Shown piece by piece: positions 25,117-37,981 of a DNA stretch of 64,000 nt. The notes beneath the pieces are model-generated. The model ran no database searches, had not been told where the DNA came from, and saw nothing but the letters and a program-made list of their open reading frames with translations. Position numbers and translations under genes: made by a program. Source of the stretch: Octopus sinensis (lineage: Eukaryota); contig NC_043018.1 of the NCBI RefSeq assembly GCF_006345805.1, positions 6,510,001 through 6,574,000 of the forward strand, written 5' to 3'. How positions within the stretch are numbered: the first letter of the stretch is position 1; the number at the start of each line of letters is the position of its first letter.

Positions 25117-26024
25117 CTATTTATAGATATTCTAAAATCTACACAGCCTTGGTTTTTTTATCTCGTTACAGCAAAAAAAAAAAAAAATATATATATATAG
25201 AGAGAGAGAGAGAGGGAAGGGACAGGCTTCTTTCAGTTTTGATCTACCAAATTCACTCACAAGACCTTGCACAAATGGAGGCTTTAGTTGAAGACGCTTG
25301 CTTAAAGTACCACATAGTACGACTGAACCCAGGACCAAGTGGTCTGGAAGCAAACATTTTACCACAGAGCCACATATGAAATACACACACATATATATAT
25401 ACATACATGCATGCGTACATACATAAAACATACAAATCTTCACATATACATACATAAACATGTGCGCATGTATATGTATATATTATAGCTTCTAAAACAC
25501 TGCTCCTGTGTCAAGTTAACGAGGCTGATTTAACCAAGAGTACTCTTTTAATCCCACTCTGAGGATTAGCTGTAGAAATATATAACTTGAGTTACTTCCC
25601 TCTAAATAATTTCCTCCCTTACAAAAATCCAACAATTTACAAGGGAGACAATTAATGAATAATCAGAAGGGGTCATTTCCCTTGAAAATTTTAATTTGCT
25701 GAGATCTTTTTCTAAATATTTTTTATTTACTTCAGTCTACGGCCACGCTGGAGCACCGCCTTGAATGGTTTAGTCGAGCAAATCGACACCAGTACTTATT
25801 CAAATTTAATCGGTCTCTTGCAAAAAAGCTCAGCTTCACGAGTGTAAAACAAACCAACACCATTAAGTAATGGCGAACAAATAGACATATATACCTACAC
25901 ACAACACACAACACACACACACACACTCAAAGATGGCCTTCAACAGAGTTTCTTTCCACAAAATCCTGGGCTGAAACTAAAATGGATGACATTTGGCTGA
26001 GGTGTCGCGCAGTAGAGTGGAGGT

Positions 26025-26520
26025 GGATGGCTTAGTAGTTAGAGTGTTGGACTCATGATCGTAAGATTGTGATTTCAGTTCTTGGACTGGGCAATGCATT
26101 GTGTTCTTGAGCAAAACACTTAATTTCATGTTGCTCCTATCCATTCAGCTGGCAAAAATGAGTAATCCTGCGATGGACTGGCATCCCATCCAGGTGTGGA
26201 ATTTACACGCCACAAAACCAGGAAATTGGCCCTTATGAGTCAGCATGACTAGAGAAGGTAACTTTACCTTTCTGTGAAGGAGCGATGCTTAGTGGTTAGG
26301 GTGTTAGACTTATGATCGTAAGATTGTGGTTTCGATTCCTGGACTGGGCGATGTGTTGTGATCTTGAGCAAGACACTTCATTTCGTGTTGCTCCAGTCCA
26401 CTAAGCTGGCAAAAGTGAGTAATCCTGCTTTGAACCGGTGTCCCATCCAAGTGGGGTATTTATATGCCATGAAACTGGGAAAATGGCCCTTATGAGTCAA
26501 GAAGATGACTTTACCTTTTT
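26025..26520 (+). mobile_element. Tandem pair of tRNA-derived SINEs (family 4)
   Basis: GGCTTAGTAGTTAGAGTGTTGGACTCATGATCGTAAG...CTTGAGCAA(A/G)ACACTT twice. Related minus-strand copy at ~35940-36076. Confidence 0.75.
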
Positions 26521-27025
26521 TGTGGAAACCTTCCTTATGAGTCAGCATGACTCAACAAGGTAACTTTGCCCTTTACCATGCAATGGAACCGAACCTAAAA
26601 CGATGTGGTATTAACATGGTCTGCCATTAGAAAAACAGTTATGTCTGCACTTGCAGATTTTTTAAGAATGTGGAGCTTCAGCAATTATGATTTATGGTCA
26701 GTCATGGACAGAGTGTGGCCCAGAGAGTTTTTGGAATAATATGGCTAATGAAAAATTGCTTCAAATTGCTTTAGTAGTGCAACCTACCTCATGATGAGGT
26801 ATATCTCATGTGGCCCACTTCTCAAAAATGGTTGCCCATGCCTGGCATAAAGCAACGAGGCTTTTATGAGTATTGCTTTGTAACATTACTCTTGTGGTAT
26901 TACTCCTTTAAACATTAATCTTTTTCAATTAATTCCATAGCCTCATCAGTGAGGCTATGGAATTAACCAAAATGGTCCCTGTCAGTACATATGTATAGAA
27001 TATTAGAACATTTTAGTTTTTATTT

Positions 27026-27326
27026 AATAATAAAAATAATAATAATGAAATTATTGTATACAATGCTCATGTGCACCACAACTTGTCAGAAAGTGCGTAT
27101 AGAGTATATGCAGTAATGTACAAATGTCTAGGAAGTGAACAGTGTATGAGTCAGATACATGCTTGCGTGTGTATGGAGGGGAGAAAATCAGGTGTAGTGT
27201 TGGCGAATCTCAGAAAGCATGGAAGTTTTGAAGGATGCAGTGCTCCGACAACTAACAACTGATGTCGGCAGTTTGTTCCATGCTTCAGCAACTCTCAGCG
27301 TGAAAAAATGTTTCCTAAAGTCATTT
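27026..27326 (-). mobile_element. CR1/L2-like LINE 3' end with (ATT)n tail
   Basis: NDFRKHFFTLRVAEAWNKLPTSVVSCRSTASFKTSMLSEIRQHYT*. It interrupts one unit of a tandem repeat. Confidence 0.85.
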
Positions 27327-27529
27327 CTAGCAATGTAAGGTATTCTAGCACACTAGTCATATTTACTGACAATTATAGTTTTCCTTTTTGGAAAAAAACT
27401 TTTCATACTGCTGTCTATATTAAATTATTGTACACACATTAGCAATTCTCTATATCATCCATAGATTTTTATGGTGAATACATATGTATTGACAAAGAAG
27501 CAAGTCCAGAAAAAGCCAAGTCAAGCTGT

Positions 27530-27580
27530 CCCTACTGACAAAGCTATGGAATTAGCCGAAACTGACTGATCAGTAGAGGG
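27530..27580 (+). ncRNA. Type-I hammerhead motif (core G8>A, GUA triplet)
   Basis: CCCTA-CTGACAA-AGCT(ATGGAATT)AGCC-GAAA-CTGA(CTGA)TCAG-TA-GAGGG. The partial sister copy at 26929-26966 has CTGATGA-GGCT on its minus strand. Confidence 0.7.
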
Positions 27581-28242
27581 AATTCTCGACTAGTGTTTCC
27601 AGGCAATTACAGTCCCTGTCAGTACATATGTATACAATAATGTGCTTTAATCATAGCATTAGAACATTTTAGCTCTTATTTCTAGCAATGTAGGTGTGCT
27701 AGAAGCCTAGTCATATTTAGAAACAATTATAGTTTTCCTTTTTGGTAAAACATTACACATGGCTGTCTATATATATATATATATATATATGGAGGCACAA
27801 TGGCCCGGTGGTTAGGGTAGTGGGCTTGCGGTTGTAGGATCGCGGTTTTGATTCCCAGACTGGGCATTGTGAGTGTTTATTGAGTGAAAACACCTAAAAG
27901 CAGGGTGGCGTCATTTGAAGGCTAAAACAATGCGAAGTGCATTGTGACCAGCGATGTGTAGCAACATCTGATAGCCTAGTCAGTCACAGTGATCACAGTG
28001 ATACATATATATATGTGGAGGCACAATAGCCCAGTGGTGAGGGCAGTGGACTCGCACTTGTAGGATCAGTTTCGATTCCCAGACCGGGTGTTGTGAGTGT
28101 TTATTGAGCGAAAGCACCTAAAAGCTCACTCTTTCTTGTTGGCCTGCTCACTTAGCCAGTGGGGTGGCATCATTTGAAGGTTAAGACAACGCGAAGCGCA
28201 TTGTGACCAGTGATAGCCTGGTCAGTCATGGTGATCACGGTG

Positions 28243-28296
<54 letters not shown>

Positions 28297-29409
28297 TGGT
28301 ACCTTGACTTATGAGTGTCCCAACTAAAGAGGTTTTTGAGATATCAGCCATCTCTTGGCTGAATTTTTGCTTTGAGTTGCAAGCTAAAATTCAGGTTACA
28401 ACCCAGCTTCAGACACCCCACTGCTAATTGGTATAGTGAACGCCAAATTGAATGCCATAACATCTGCCCAGCATCCCGTGTCTCACTTGATAGCTAGACA
28501 GAAATACATGTTAACAAGTGTAAAAGACCATTAGTAAATCGATAGCTAGACAGGCATGCACGCCAGGAAGTGCAAAGATCATTAGTGGATCGTTAGCTAG
28601 ACGGGTGGTAAAATGCTTACTTAATTGTTTCAGGCTACAGAAGCATCGATGTTGTGCTTTTAATTGAGCTTTAAGTGTTTTTTGTAGGGCCTGGAATGGA
28701 TTATTGGCATTTCAAGTCATTTCAATGAGGAAAACTGATTTGATGTATGAGTAATTTGAGTTACAAGCTCCATCACAGAATGAATTAAAATTGTAACTCA
28801 AGGTACCACTGTGCATCGTCATCGTCAATGTCAACGTCAATGTCAATGTCATCATCATTTAGTGTCTGTTGTCCATACTGGCATGGGTTGGACAGCTGGA
28901 AGGCTGCACCAGGATCCCATCTGATTTGGCATGGTTTTCTACGGCTGGAGGCCATATATTTTTCCAACAAGACTCAACAAGACACGACGGCAAGTTGACA
29001 GAAATGTTAGCAAGCCAGGCGAAATGCTTGGCGGTATTTCATCTGCCGTTACGTTCTGAGTTCAAATTCTGCCGAGGTCGACTTAGCCTTTCATCCTTTT
29101 GGGGTCAATTAAATAAGTACCAGTTATGCACTGGGTCAGTGTAATCGACTTAATCTGGTTGTCTGTCCTTGTTTGTCCCTTCTGTGTTTAGCTCCTTGTG
29201 GGTAGTAAAGAAATAGGTATTTTGTCTGCCGTTACGTTCTGAGTTCAAATTCCGCCGAGGTCGACTTAGCCTTTCATCCTTTCGGGGTCGATTAAATACG
29301 TACCAGTTATGCACTGGGTCGATGTAATCGACTTAATCCCTTTGTTTGTCCTTGTTTATCCCCTCTATGTTCAGCCCCTTGTGGCAATAAAGAAATAAGA
29401 AATAGGTCT

Positions 29410-29700
29410 CAGCACTTTCTTGCAACAATCTTGTGGCCCAAGAATCGATATCAGACAACCTTTAGAATCATGCAACACTAAACTTTCCAACCATGCCAGA
29501 ATAAAATCAAACGAACTTTTGGAGCATTGTTGGAAGGGAGACTAATTAACATCTCCACAATACCACAGTTTTCCTGAAGGCTACCATTGTCCAGATGATG
29601 TCTGAAATGCATGAGGACCATTTAGCAGAGATATGTCAAGGATTCCAGTCCTGCATTGAATCAGTCATCAAAGCTGAAGGTAGATTCATAGAATAATCTT
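29410..29700 (+). mobile_element. Tc1/mariner-superfamily transposase C-terminal remnant
   Basis: ...GFQSCIESVIKAEGRFIE* matches the CxRFRSRIEAVIEAEGGxIE terminus. Confidence 0.6.
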
Positions 29701-30097
29701 AAAAGAAAGCTTATTGAGATCATGTACACTGGTTTTTTATTAAAACTACTTTTGGTTTCTACTAGATTAGACTAGTTAAATTACCAGATATGTTCTCAGT
29801 GGTTAGGGCAGTGGACTCACGGTCGGAGGATTGCAGTTTCGATTCCCAGACCAGGCGTTGTGTGTGTTTATTGAGCAAAAACACCTAAAAGCTCCATGAG
29901 GCTCTGGCAGGGGGGTGGTAGCAATTCCTGTTGTACTCTTTCACCACAACTTTCTCTCACTCTCTCTTCCTATTTCTTGAGTAACGCTGCGATGGAGTGG
30001 CGTCCCGTCCAGCTGGGGGGAATACATACGACACAGAAACCAGGCCCATTTCTCACATTCTGTGTGTACACATACGTGTGTGTATGTGTGTGTGTGT

Positions 30098-31370
30098 GTT
30101 GTGTCTGATGCTTGTGTGCAGATGGCTATACTCCATGCAAGTGAGACATTGGCTCTGAATGCAGAAGACATGCATAGACTGGAGAGAAATAGAGGTACTG
30201 TGCTCCATTGGATGTGTAACATCAGTACACATGTACAGCAAAGTTCAAATGTATTGAGAGAAAAGTTGATCATAAGAGGAATCAAATGTAGCATGCAAGA
30301 GGGAAGACTATGTTGGTTTGGACATGTGATGCATATGAATGAGCACAGATGCATAAAGAAGTGCCAATCACTGATAGTGGATGGAATCCACAGAAGAGGG
30401 AGACCCAGGAAGACATGGGATGAAGTGGTAAGGACCGATCTCGGGATGTTGGGTCTCATGGAGGAAATGACAATGGACCAAGAAGTCTGGCGATATGAAG
30501 TTCTTGAGAAGACCTGCTTACATCAGCAAAACTGAATTCTAGAAGCACTGTGTGTCCCACCTTCACTTAACAAGAAATCTTCTCACATACTCTACCACAA
30601 CAAACCAAACTACCTCTCTACATCTCTTCGCTTCCCCACATTTCCACTTCATGCCCTAGGCTTACCTCACACTCCCCAAATCCTGTCCTTTTGGCCCTGC
30701 TCCACTGTATCATTGCTTTCTGCTAGCCCCCCCCCGACCTGTGTCCCACCCACATATAACAAGTAAACTTTTCACATACCCTACCCCATCAAACCAATCT
30801 ACACCTCCACATCTCTTCTCTTCCTCACATTTCCTCCTTCATACACCCTGCCAACCTCTCACTCCCCAAACCTATCCTCATGGCCCTATTCCTCTGTATC
30901 ATTGCTATCTGGTAGTTCCCCCACCCCAACTCTTTATATACCCAGGTTTTTGCCACTTATTCCACCTCTTCTGCACTCTCTAATCATACTTCTTTCACAA
31001 TTTCCTACCACTTATATTATGGTGTTTGAACCTCAAGAGTATGCCCTGGCCCTGGCCACCATCTATATCTCTCTCTGCCTTTACTCAACCATCCCATTTA
31101 TAATCTGATCTCCATCTCTTGTGAGTATACCTGGTATTTTGCCACCATCTCTATCTTGCTGTCTCCCATTCATTCTTTCCTTCTCCTGCTCTTCCCTCAG
31201 GTTGGGTAACCATATATTTCCTTTATGGTAGCACACCTTTTTCTGCCTTCATTCCTGATCTCTCTCTCTCTTTCCAGCCAGGTAACCTTGTGCATCATCT
31301 ACAACAAGACACTTGTTTCTGTCTCTCTGTCTCACTATAACCTTTCATCATCTGACACAAGATCCATTTC
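30098..31370 (+). mobile_element. 5'-truncated RTE-clade LINE with long pyrimidine-rich 3' UTR
   Basis: ILHASETLAL...LREKL.IRGI...GRLCWFGHVMHM...RRGRPRKTWDEVVRTDL. The 3' boundary is approximate. Confidence 0.85.
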
Positions 31371-32034
31371 TTTACTACCCACAAGGGGCTAAATACAGAG
31401 AGGACAAACAAGGACAGACAAATGGATTAAGTCGATTACATCAGCCCCAGTGCATAATTGGTACTTAATTTATCGACCCCGAAAGGATGAAAGGCAAAGT
31501 CGATCTCGGCGGAATTTGAACTCAGAACGTAACAGCAGATGAAATACGGCTACGCATTTCGCCCAGTGTGCTAACGTTTCTGCCAGCTCGCCGCCTCCAA
31601 TGCCCCCTCCACTCTTGAAAGTTTTTTTTGTTTTGTCTTGCAGGTTACTTGATGACCCTGTCAGGGCAGGTGTCATTTAAACCACATCCAGTCCACACTG
31701 TAAAGTGGTTGGTGTTCAGAAGGGCATCCAGCTGTAAAAACCTTGCCAAAACAGTCACAGAAGTCTGGTATAGGCTTCTGCTTGGCTGGCTCTTGTGAAA
31801 CCGTTCCACGCATGCTAGCATGGAAGGTGGACATTAAATGATGATGATGATAATACCACATACTCACACATACACACACATACATACATCTACATACACA
31901 TATATACATGCATACATGCATTCACACACATGCATTCAAAGTCGACCTCAGCAGAATTTGAACTCAGAATGTAATGGCAGACGAAATACTGGCAAGAATT
32001 TCGTCCGACGTGCTAACGTTTCTGCCAGCTCACC

Positions 32035-33350
32035 TGCAACACCTCTGTGATCACTTCAGACTGGCCAGCGTGACAATTCGCAAGAACAGTGGCACTGGAC
32101 AGTGACCCATCAGTGACAATATGGCACGATATTGACTGGCCACCAACAACATGCGTTGCCATCATCAAGCTCAAGGGCCTGTCCTCACCGCATGCCCCCA
32201 TTAGGCATGACTAGAATAGGCTACATATTACCAACATCAACAATGGAGGTTGATAGTCTTCCCTGATGAGAGCTGCATTCCCACCTCGGATGGCAGAATG
32301 AGGGTGTGGTGTAGGAGGGGTGAACGCTATAGAGACACATGTGTCATGGAGAGAGATGTATGGGGTGGCCAAGGCATCTTGGTTTGGGGTGCTATAGGCC
32401 TGAATCAGAGAATTGGGCCCCATGTGTTCCAAAGTGTTGGTGCAGGCAGAGGGAATGACATCACAGTGCAGCACTACGTTGACCATATCTGAAGACCTGG
32501 ACCTTATCAAAGAAGCTTGAGAGGTGGTTGGATGGAACCTACACTCGCCTCCTCATGAGAGCTCAAAATCTCTTGTGGAAGCATCATCCAACCAAAGTAC
32601 AAATATATGGGAAACTACCACCAGTATCATCTTTTGTGAAAGGTAGAAGAGTCCAGTTTGCTGGACATTGTTGTAGAGCTGAAAACGAGGTAATTTCTAC
32701 TCTTTTCCTCTGGAAGCCATCTGTTCGCCATACCAGAGGGCGCACACTCTCCTATCCTGATGTAATCTCCAGGGATACAGGCATCCAGCAACAGGACTTC
32801 CGTAATGCTATGGTGGACCATGAAGTCTGGCGTAACATAGTAAATTCCATTGTCTCAACCATGGTCGAACAATGATGATGATAAGACCTTACATCATGCC
32901 CTTCTTCATATGTTACCATAGCCATAGCCACACATTCCAGCAGGACAATACTCCATCCCACATGGCCAGGGTCATCATGGACCTCCTGCATCAGCACAAT
33001 ATCAGAACATGTTGTGGCTGGCTCTCAGCCTGGATTTGAACCCAATTGAACACCTGTGGGATGAAATCGAAAGACAGCTGAACCAGGTGGTCCCAAGGTC
33101 AACAACTCATGTGGAACTGGAGGTAGCTTTCATCAGGGTGTGGGCACAGGTGCCAATAGCTTTCATGAATTGCTTCATGCACTCCATGTATCGATGGTGT
33201 ATGGCAATTTTGAACACACAGGGGCATACAGCAACCCATATTGGTCAAAGTGCATCCAAGAAATTGACTTAATCAAATTTATCAAAATTTATCTCTGACA
33301 TAATGAAATTAAAACATATTTCAGTCACACACTTCTTTTGCGATTCAGTG

Positions 33351-33352
<2 letters not shown>
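32035..33352 (+). mobile_element. Decayed Tc1 (DD34E-type) transposon, 5'-truncated, interrupted by a LINE
   Basis: VFPDESC...GRMRVWCRRGERY...VWGAI, FQQDNTPSH and WLALSLDLNPIEHLWDEIER. The right end is ...CTTTTGCGATTCAGTG-TA. Confidence 0.9.
32499..32882 (+). mobile_element. LINE 3' fragment with (TGA)n tail and 7-bp TSD
   Basis: MDGTYTRLLMRAQNL...RRVQFAGHCCRA...WKP...* peptide. AAGACCT is duplicated at 32492-32498 and 32883-32889. Confidence 0.85.
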
Positions 33353-33396
<44 letters not shown>

Positions 33397-33488
33397 CATA
33401 CATATATGTATATATATGTATATATACTTATATAAATCTATATATATGTATATATACACATATATATCTATACACACACACACACCAC

Positions 33489-33523
<35 letters not shown>

Positions 33524-33816
33524 TATACATATATTAGTATTAATAATGATCAGGAAAATGGAGATTTTTGCCACATCTATAAATCTATTAAACAGTTATT
33601 TACAGCATCCTTTCATAGACCTACATGTGTTTCAACTGCATCGACTTCACACTGTTAGATATGCAACCTCCTGGTGCTATTTTCTGTACAGTTTCATCAG
33701 AGTCCATTATTTACTGCCATTTGAAGTTAAGCTGAAGGAATCAGCAAGCCGAGTGAATAAAGTGTTTGTTAGGAGATAAATGTGTGTGTGTATGTATTTA
33801 TATATATATATATATA

Positions 33817-33877
<61 letters not shown>

Positions 33878-34261
33878 TGAAATTTACAGAAAAACAAAAG
33901 ATGAAGACAGGTGTATAAACAACAAGCAGGTATATTAGTTTGATGCTCAGGAAGGTGAGAAAGCCTTTTACATTTTGACCCTATGCTCTTCAACAAAATG
34001 GAACACAAGGAAATAAACTGAGTGAGATTAAAAAAAAACTTGTGCATCTAGCGGTCAATCATAGCAACTGATTGGAAAAAAATTGTTTGACAGGAGAGCT
34101 AGGAATGGGAGTTAATAAAGTACTGGTGATCCCAAAATGAAGGTATGTGTGCATGTGGATAGGGGTTAGTGACTTTGATGTGTAAGTGTGTGTGTCTGTA
34201 ATGTGTGGGTATGTGACCCAACACTATCTGTCATATGATGGTTAACAATCTTTCTATATTA

Positions 34262-34292
<31 letters not shown>

Positions 34293-34416
34293 CATATATA
34301 TACATATATATATACATATATATACATATATATATATGTATATATACATATATATATGTATATATATATATAATATATATATATATATCTATATATATAT
34401 ATATATATAATATATA

Positions 34417-34450
<34 letters not shown>

Positions 34451-34561
34451 ATATGTATATAAAGTTAATCCAAACAAGACAGCACAAAAAAATACAACAA
34501 CGCGAGTACGTGGAACAAATATAGTATTATTGGACGCTCAGGAAAGAAGGTAAGAAGGAGG

Positions 34562-34596
34562 GTTTAACATTTCGAGCGGCGCTCTTCGTTGGAAAC
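34562..34596 (-). ncRNA. Degenerate minimal hammerhead motif
   Basis: Minus strand: GTTT-CCAACGA-A-GAGC(GCC)GCTC-GAAA-TG-TT-AAAC. A more decayed relative lies near 33965-34000. Confidence 0.55.
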
Positions 34597-34676
34597 ATAG
34601 GAGAAGGAAAGATCCAGAGAAGGGAAGACAGAGGAAAAAAAATCGCCAACGGTACACACAAGGTCACATTTACATA

Positions 34677-34740
<64 letters not shown>

Positions 34741-36392
34741 TATACATACATACAGACATGCATTTAATTTAGAAAAATTGAGCATTTTAGTGTACTGTCT
34801 AATACAATCCACTGCATTTTGAAACTTCTATGATACTTTTTGTAAAACTGATCCAGTAACCCTGTTGCAATGAGACTGTGTGTGTGTGTATGTTTTTGCT
34901 TGAGTTTACATATGACTGATTTCTTCTTTTTTCTCTGTCTTGCAGATTGCCTCCAAGATAAAATTTTGAATAAAGATGGACAGTTGACTTAATATTTCTT
35001 GGACTTGTTAAAGAAGTTTTATCAAAAGAAACAAACACATACACACACACACAAAAAGGAAAAACGAAACAAGACAAATCACAAAACAAACAATCAAACA
35101 ATAATTTTCAATTTAAAATAAAAATAAAAACCAACAAAATCATTGCTTAGTAATCTTTGATTAAAAAACAATTTGGTCTTTTTTGGTTCAGTAGTTTCTG
35201 AGATAATGATATTAGACACTCAAAAAATCAATCAAGCAAACAATCAGGAAAACGTGATTTAACTGAGGCACCTAATATTTTGGTGGTTGAACATCTTGTA
35301 TAGAAATAAATTATGATAATGATCCTAGTGTTACACAGTGGTGCATAATTGGATTAACAGTATCCTTTATGTATATATATATATAATTCAAACATATAAG
35401 GGATGGCCATAATAGGACATCCGACTCACTAGAAAGAGCAGCTAAACTCCAAACCACTAATAGTTGTAATTCTGAAATGGAAAGAGAAATAAAAACGTTT
35501 ACCCTCTCCTTTCTGGACTATGCATAGTTTCGGCAATCTTTCGTAAATAAAATAAATTTATTTACGACTCGCGTTGCCTCTTCAGCAGAAAGCCAAGGAC
35601 TACCATATAGTCATGAGGCGATAATAACCATGCCTATATATATATAAAGTACACACTCACCCACAGACACAGACACACTGACACACATGCAAATACAAGG
35701 CATTGAAGTTATGAGCCAATAAGGTAGTATATGTATGTTTACTTGCTCTGCTGAAGATAACTGGTACTCTGTCGGTAGTGACAATGAGGGTTCCATCTGA
35801 TTCGATCAACAGACCAGCCTGCTCATGAAATTTACATCCAAGGGGCTGAGCCCTCCACAGACACGTGTACCCTTAACATAGTTCTCAGGAAGGTTCAGCC
35901 TGACACAGGGTGTGACAAAGCTGGCCCTTTGAAATACAGGTACTACTCATTATTACCAGCTCAGTGGACTGGAGCTTTGTGAAATAAAGTGTCTTGGTCA
36001 AGGACACAACACGTCACTGGGAATTGAACTCACAACTTTATGATATTGAGCCGAATGCCCTAACCATTAAGCCACATGAAGATCACATTTTGATTTTTTT
36101 ATAGAAAGGTCATGTAAGATAGCATCAATGGAGATGAACTATGTTGCAATAAATGATGGGATGGTCATGATTGGAATGCCTTTGATTATCAGACAACTTG
36201 GCTAGGATTTATGTGGAGCTAGATATATATATATAGAGAGAGATGTACTTGCATAGCAAGTGACTTGATCTGAGATCGTGTGCTGGAAAGAAAGCAATTG
36301 CAACAATTTATATATATAAAAAAACATTTAATTATTCTCAAAACCATTGATCTAAAAACTAAATTGATCTAAAAACTAAATTGATCTAAAAA

Positions 36393-37070
36393 ATGGCTGA
36401 AAATCCAAGAATTTCAGGATTATCCTTGGGGTCGAAAGATGACCAAATTAAATCCATGTGTAACATTTTGAAATTTGGACAGGACGTCTTCAAAGAATTT
36501 TGCCCTGCACCAGTTTCTTTTGATGAAAAATTCCTAGAAGAATTCTTCCATACTACAGAACTCTTGCAGAAAAGCTGTTCCAGTATTTTGTCAGCCAAAA
36601 ATGCACCGAAATATCACCAGAAGTCTCATTATTTCAAGTATGTTCATTCCTGTTATCCAAAATATCCAATAAAAAGGAAAGAGCAGAAAATAGAATTATT
36701 GCAATCATTCAATTCTTCAAGAACGGCATCGACACCGTCTTCCTTGTCATCGTTCTCTTCCTCATCATCCTCTTCTTTGCCTCATTCTAATTCCATACCT
36801 GCTTCCAGTCCAAAATCTGTATTTCCTTTATCTTCCCATCAAAGCATTTTGAAGAGGAATCGCGTGTCTTGGAGAACCAGAAGAGAAAGCAAAAGCAAGA
36901 AATCGGTGACGCTCACCGTTGTCCACGAGGAATTGAAGACCCAGAGACAGTTAAATGTGGTGGAAGAAGTCGGTTATAGCAAAATGGTTTGCTCCAAAGA
37001 TATGGAATGTCTTCAACAGAAGCAAGAATATTCCCAGAAGCCAAAATGGAATAAAAAATACTGCAGGTGA
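36393..37070 (+). CDS. Orphan 225-aa protein (or first coding exon) with SILK and RVSW motifs
   Basis: ATG in AAAATGG context, 678 nt of non-repetitive sequence, normal composition, a Ser-rich linker and HQSILKRNRVSW. The stop overlaps a possible donor, CAG|GTGATA. Confidence 0.7.
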   Translation: MAENPRISGLSLGSKDDQIKSMCNILKFGQDVFKEFCPAPVSFDEKFLEEFFHTTELLQKSCSSILSAKNAPKYHQKSHYFKYVHSCYPKYPIKRKEQKIELLQSFNSSRTASTPSSLSSFSSSSSSSLPHSNSIPASSPKSVFPLSSHQSILKRNRVSWRTRRESKSKKSVTLTVVHEELKTQRQLNVVEEVGYSKMVCSKDMECLQQKQEYSQKPKWNKKYCR

Positions 37071-37648
37071 TAAAAAAAAGCTTTCTTTTTCTCTCACCAT
37101 CACACTCTCTATTTACCTGATACTCTCTCTTTCTCACTGTCAATCCCCCTCCCTTACGTTTTCTTCTTATATCTCTTTCTTTTCCTCCCACCATCCCTCG
37201 CTATCTCACTGACATTCTGCCTTTCTAATTACTGGTACTCTCTTCCTTTAATCTCTTTTTCTCTCTCTACCTCTATTTCTTTTCATTAGTTGTTCACTCA
37301 CTGTCTGTCTGTTTGTCTGTCTGTGTGTCTCTGTCTATCTCTCTCTCTGTCTGTCTGTCTCTCTCTCACTGTCTGTCTGTGTGTCTCTGTCTATCTCTCT
37401 CTCTCTCTTTCCCTTCTTAAGACTCCCTCATTCTCCATTTGTTTATTAAATGTCTGTCTGCTCCTCTGCTTTTCTACCTATCTGTCCCCTTGTCCCCATC
37501 TGCTTCTTTTTATATCTCCCTCCCTGTCTGTCTCTCTGTCTGTCTATCTAGCTCATTGTCTCTCATTCTACCTGTCTGTCTGTCTGTCTACCAGTCTGTC
37601 AATTTAATTACCTTAGTCTCTCCCCCTCTCCCTCTCACACTATATATT

Positions 37649-37680
<32 letters not shown>

Positions 37681-37942
37681 CCTATCTCTCTACCTTATTA
37701 CTGTATTTTTTCTTTTGTTTCCTTTTTTTTATAAATCCCACCTGATTTTCCTTCTTCTCATTCTCATAGCATCCACCCCACACTTTCTTACCCTCTCGCT
37801 CTTTCCCTTTCTGTTTCTTTCCTTATCTCTGTCTCTCTCTCTCTCTTCCTCTCTCTTCCTCTCTCTTTTCCTCCCTCACACTCTTTTTATCTTTCTTTAG
37901 CTTTCTCTCCCATATTTTTTCTTGTTTGATAATTCTATAAAT

Positions 37943-37981
<39 letters not shown>

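Noticed and set aside
35566-35633. Possible minus-strand exon AWLLSPHDYMVVLGFLLKRQRE
   Set aside because: The acceptor is just a (TA)n tract, the phase does not fit the cullin-like peptide downstream, and no homology is recognised.
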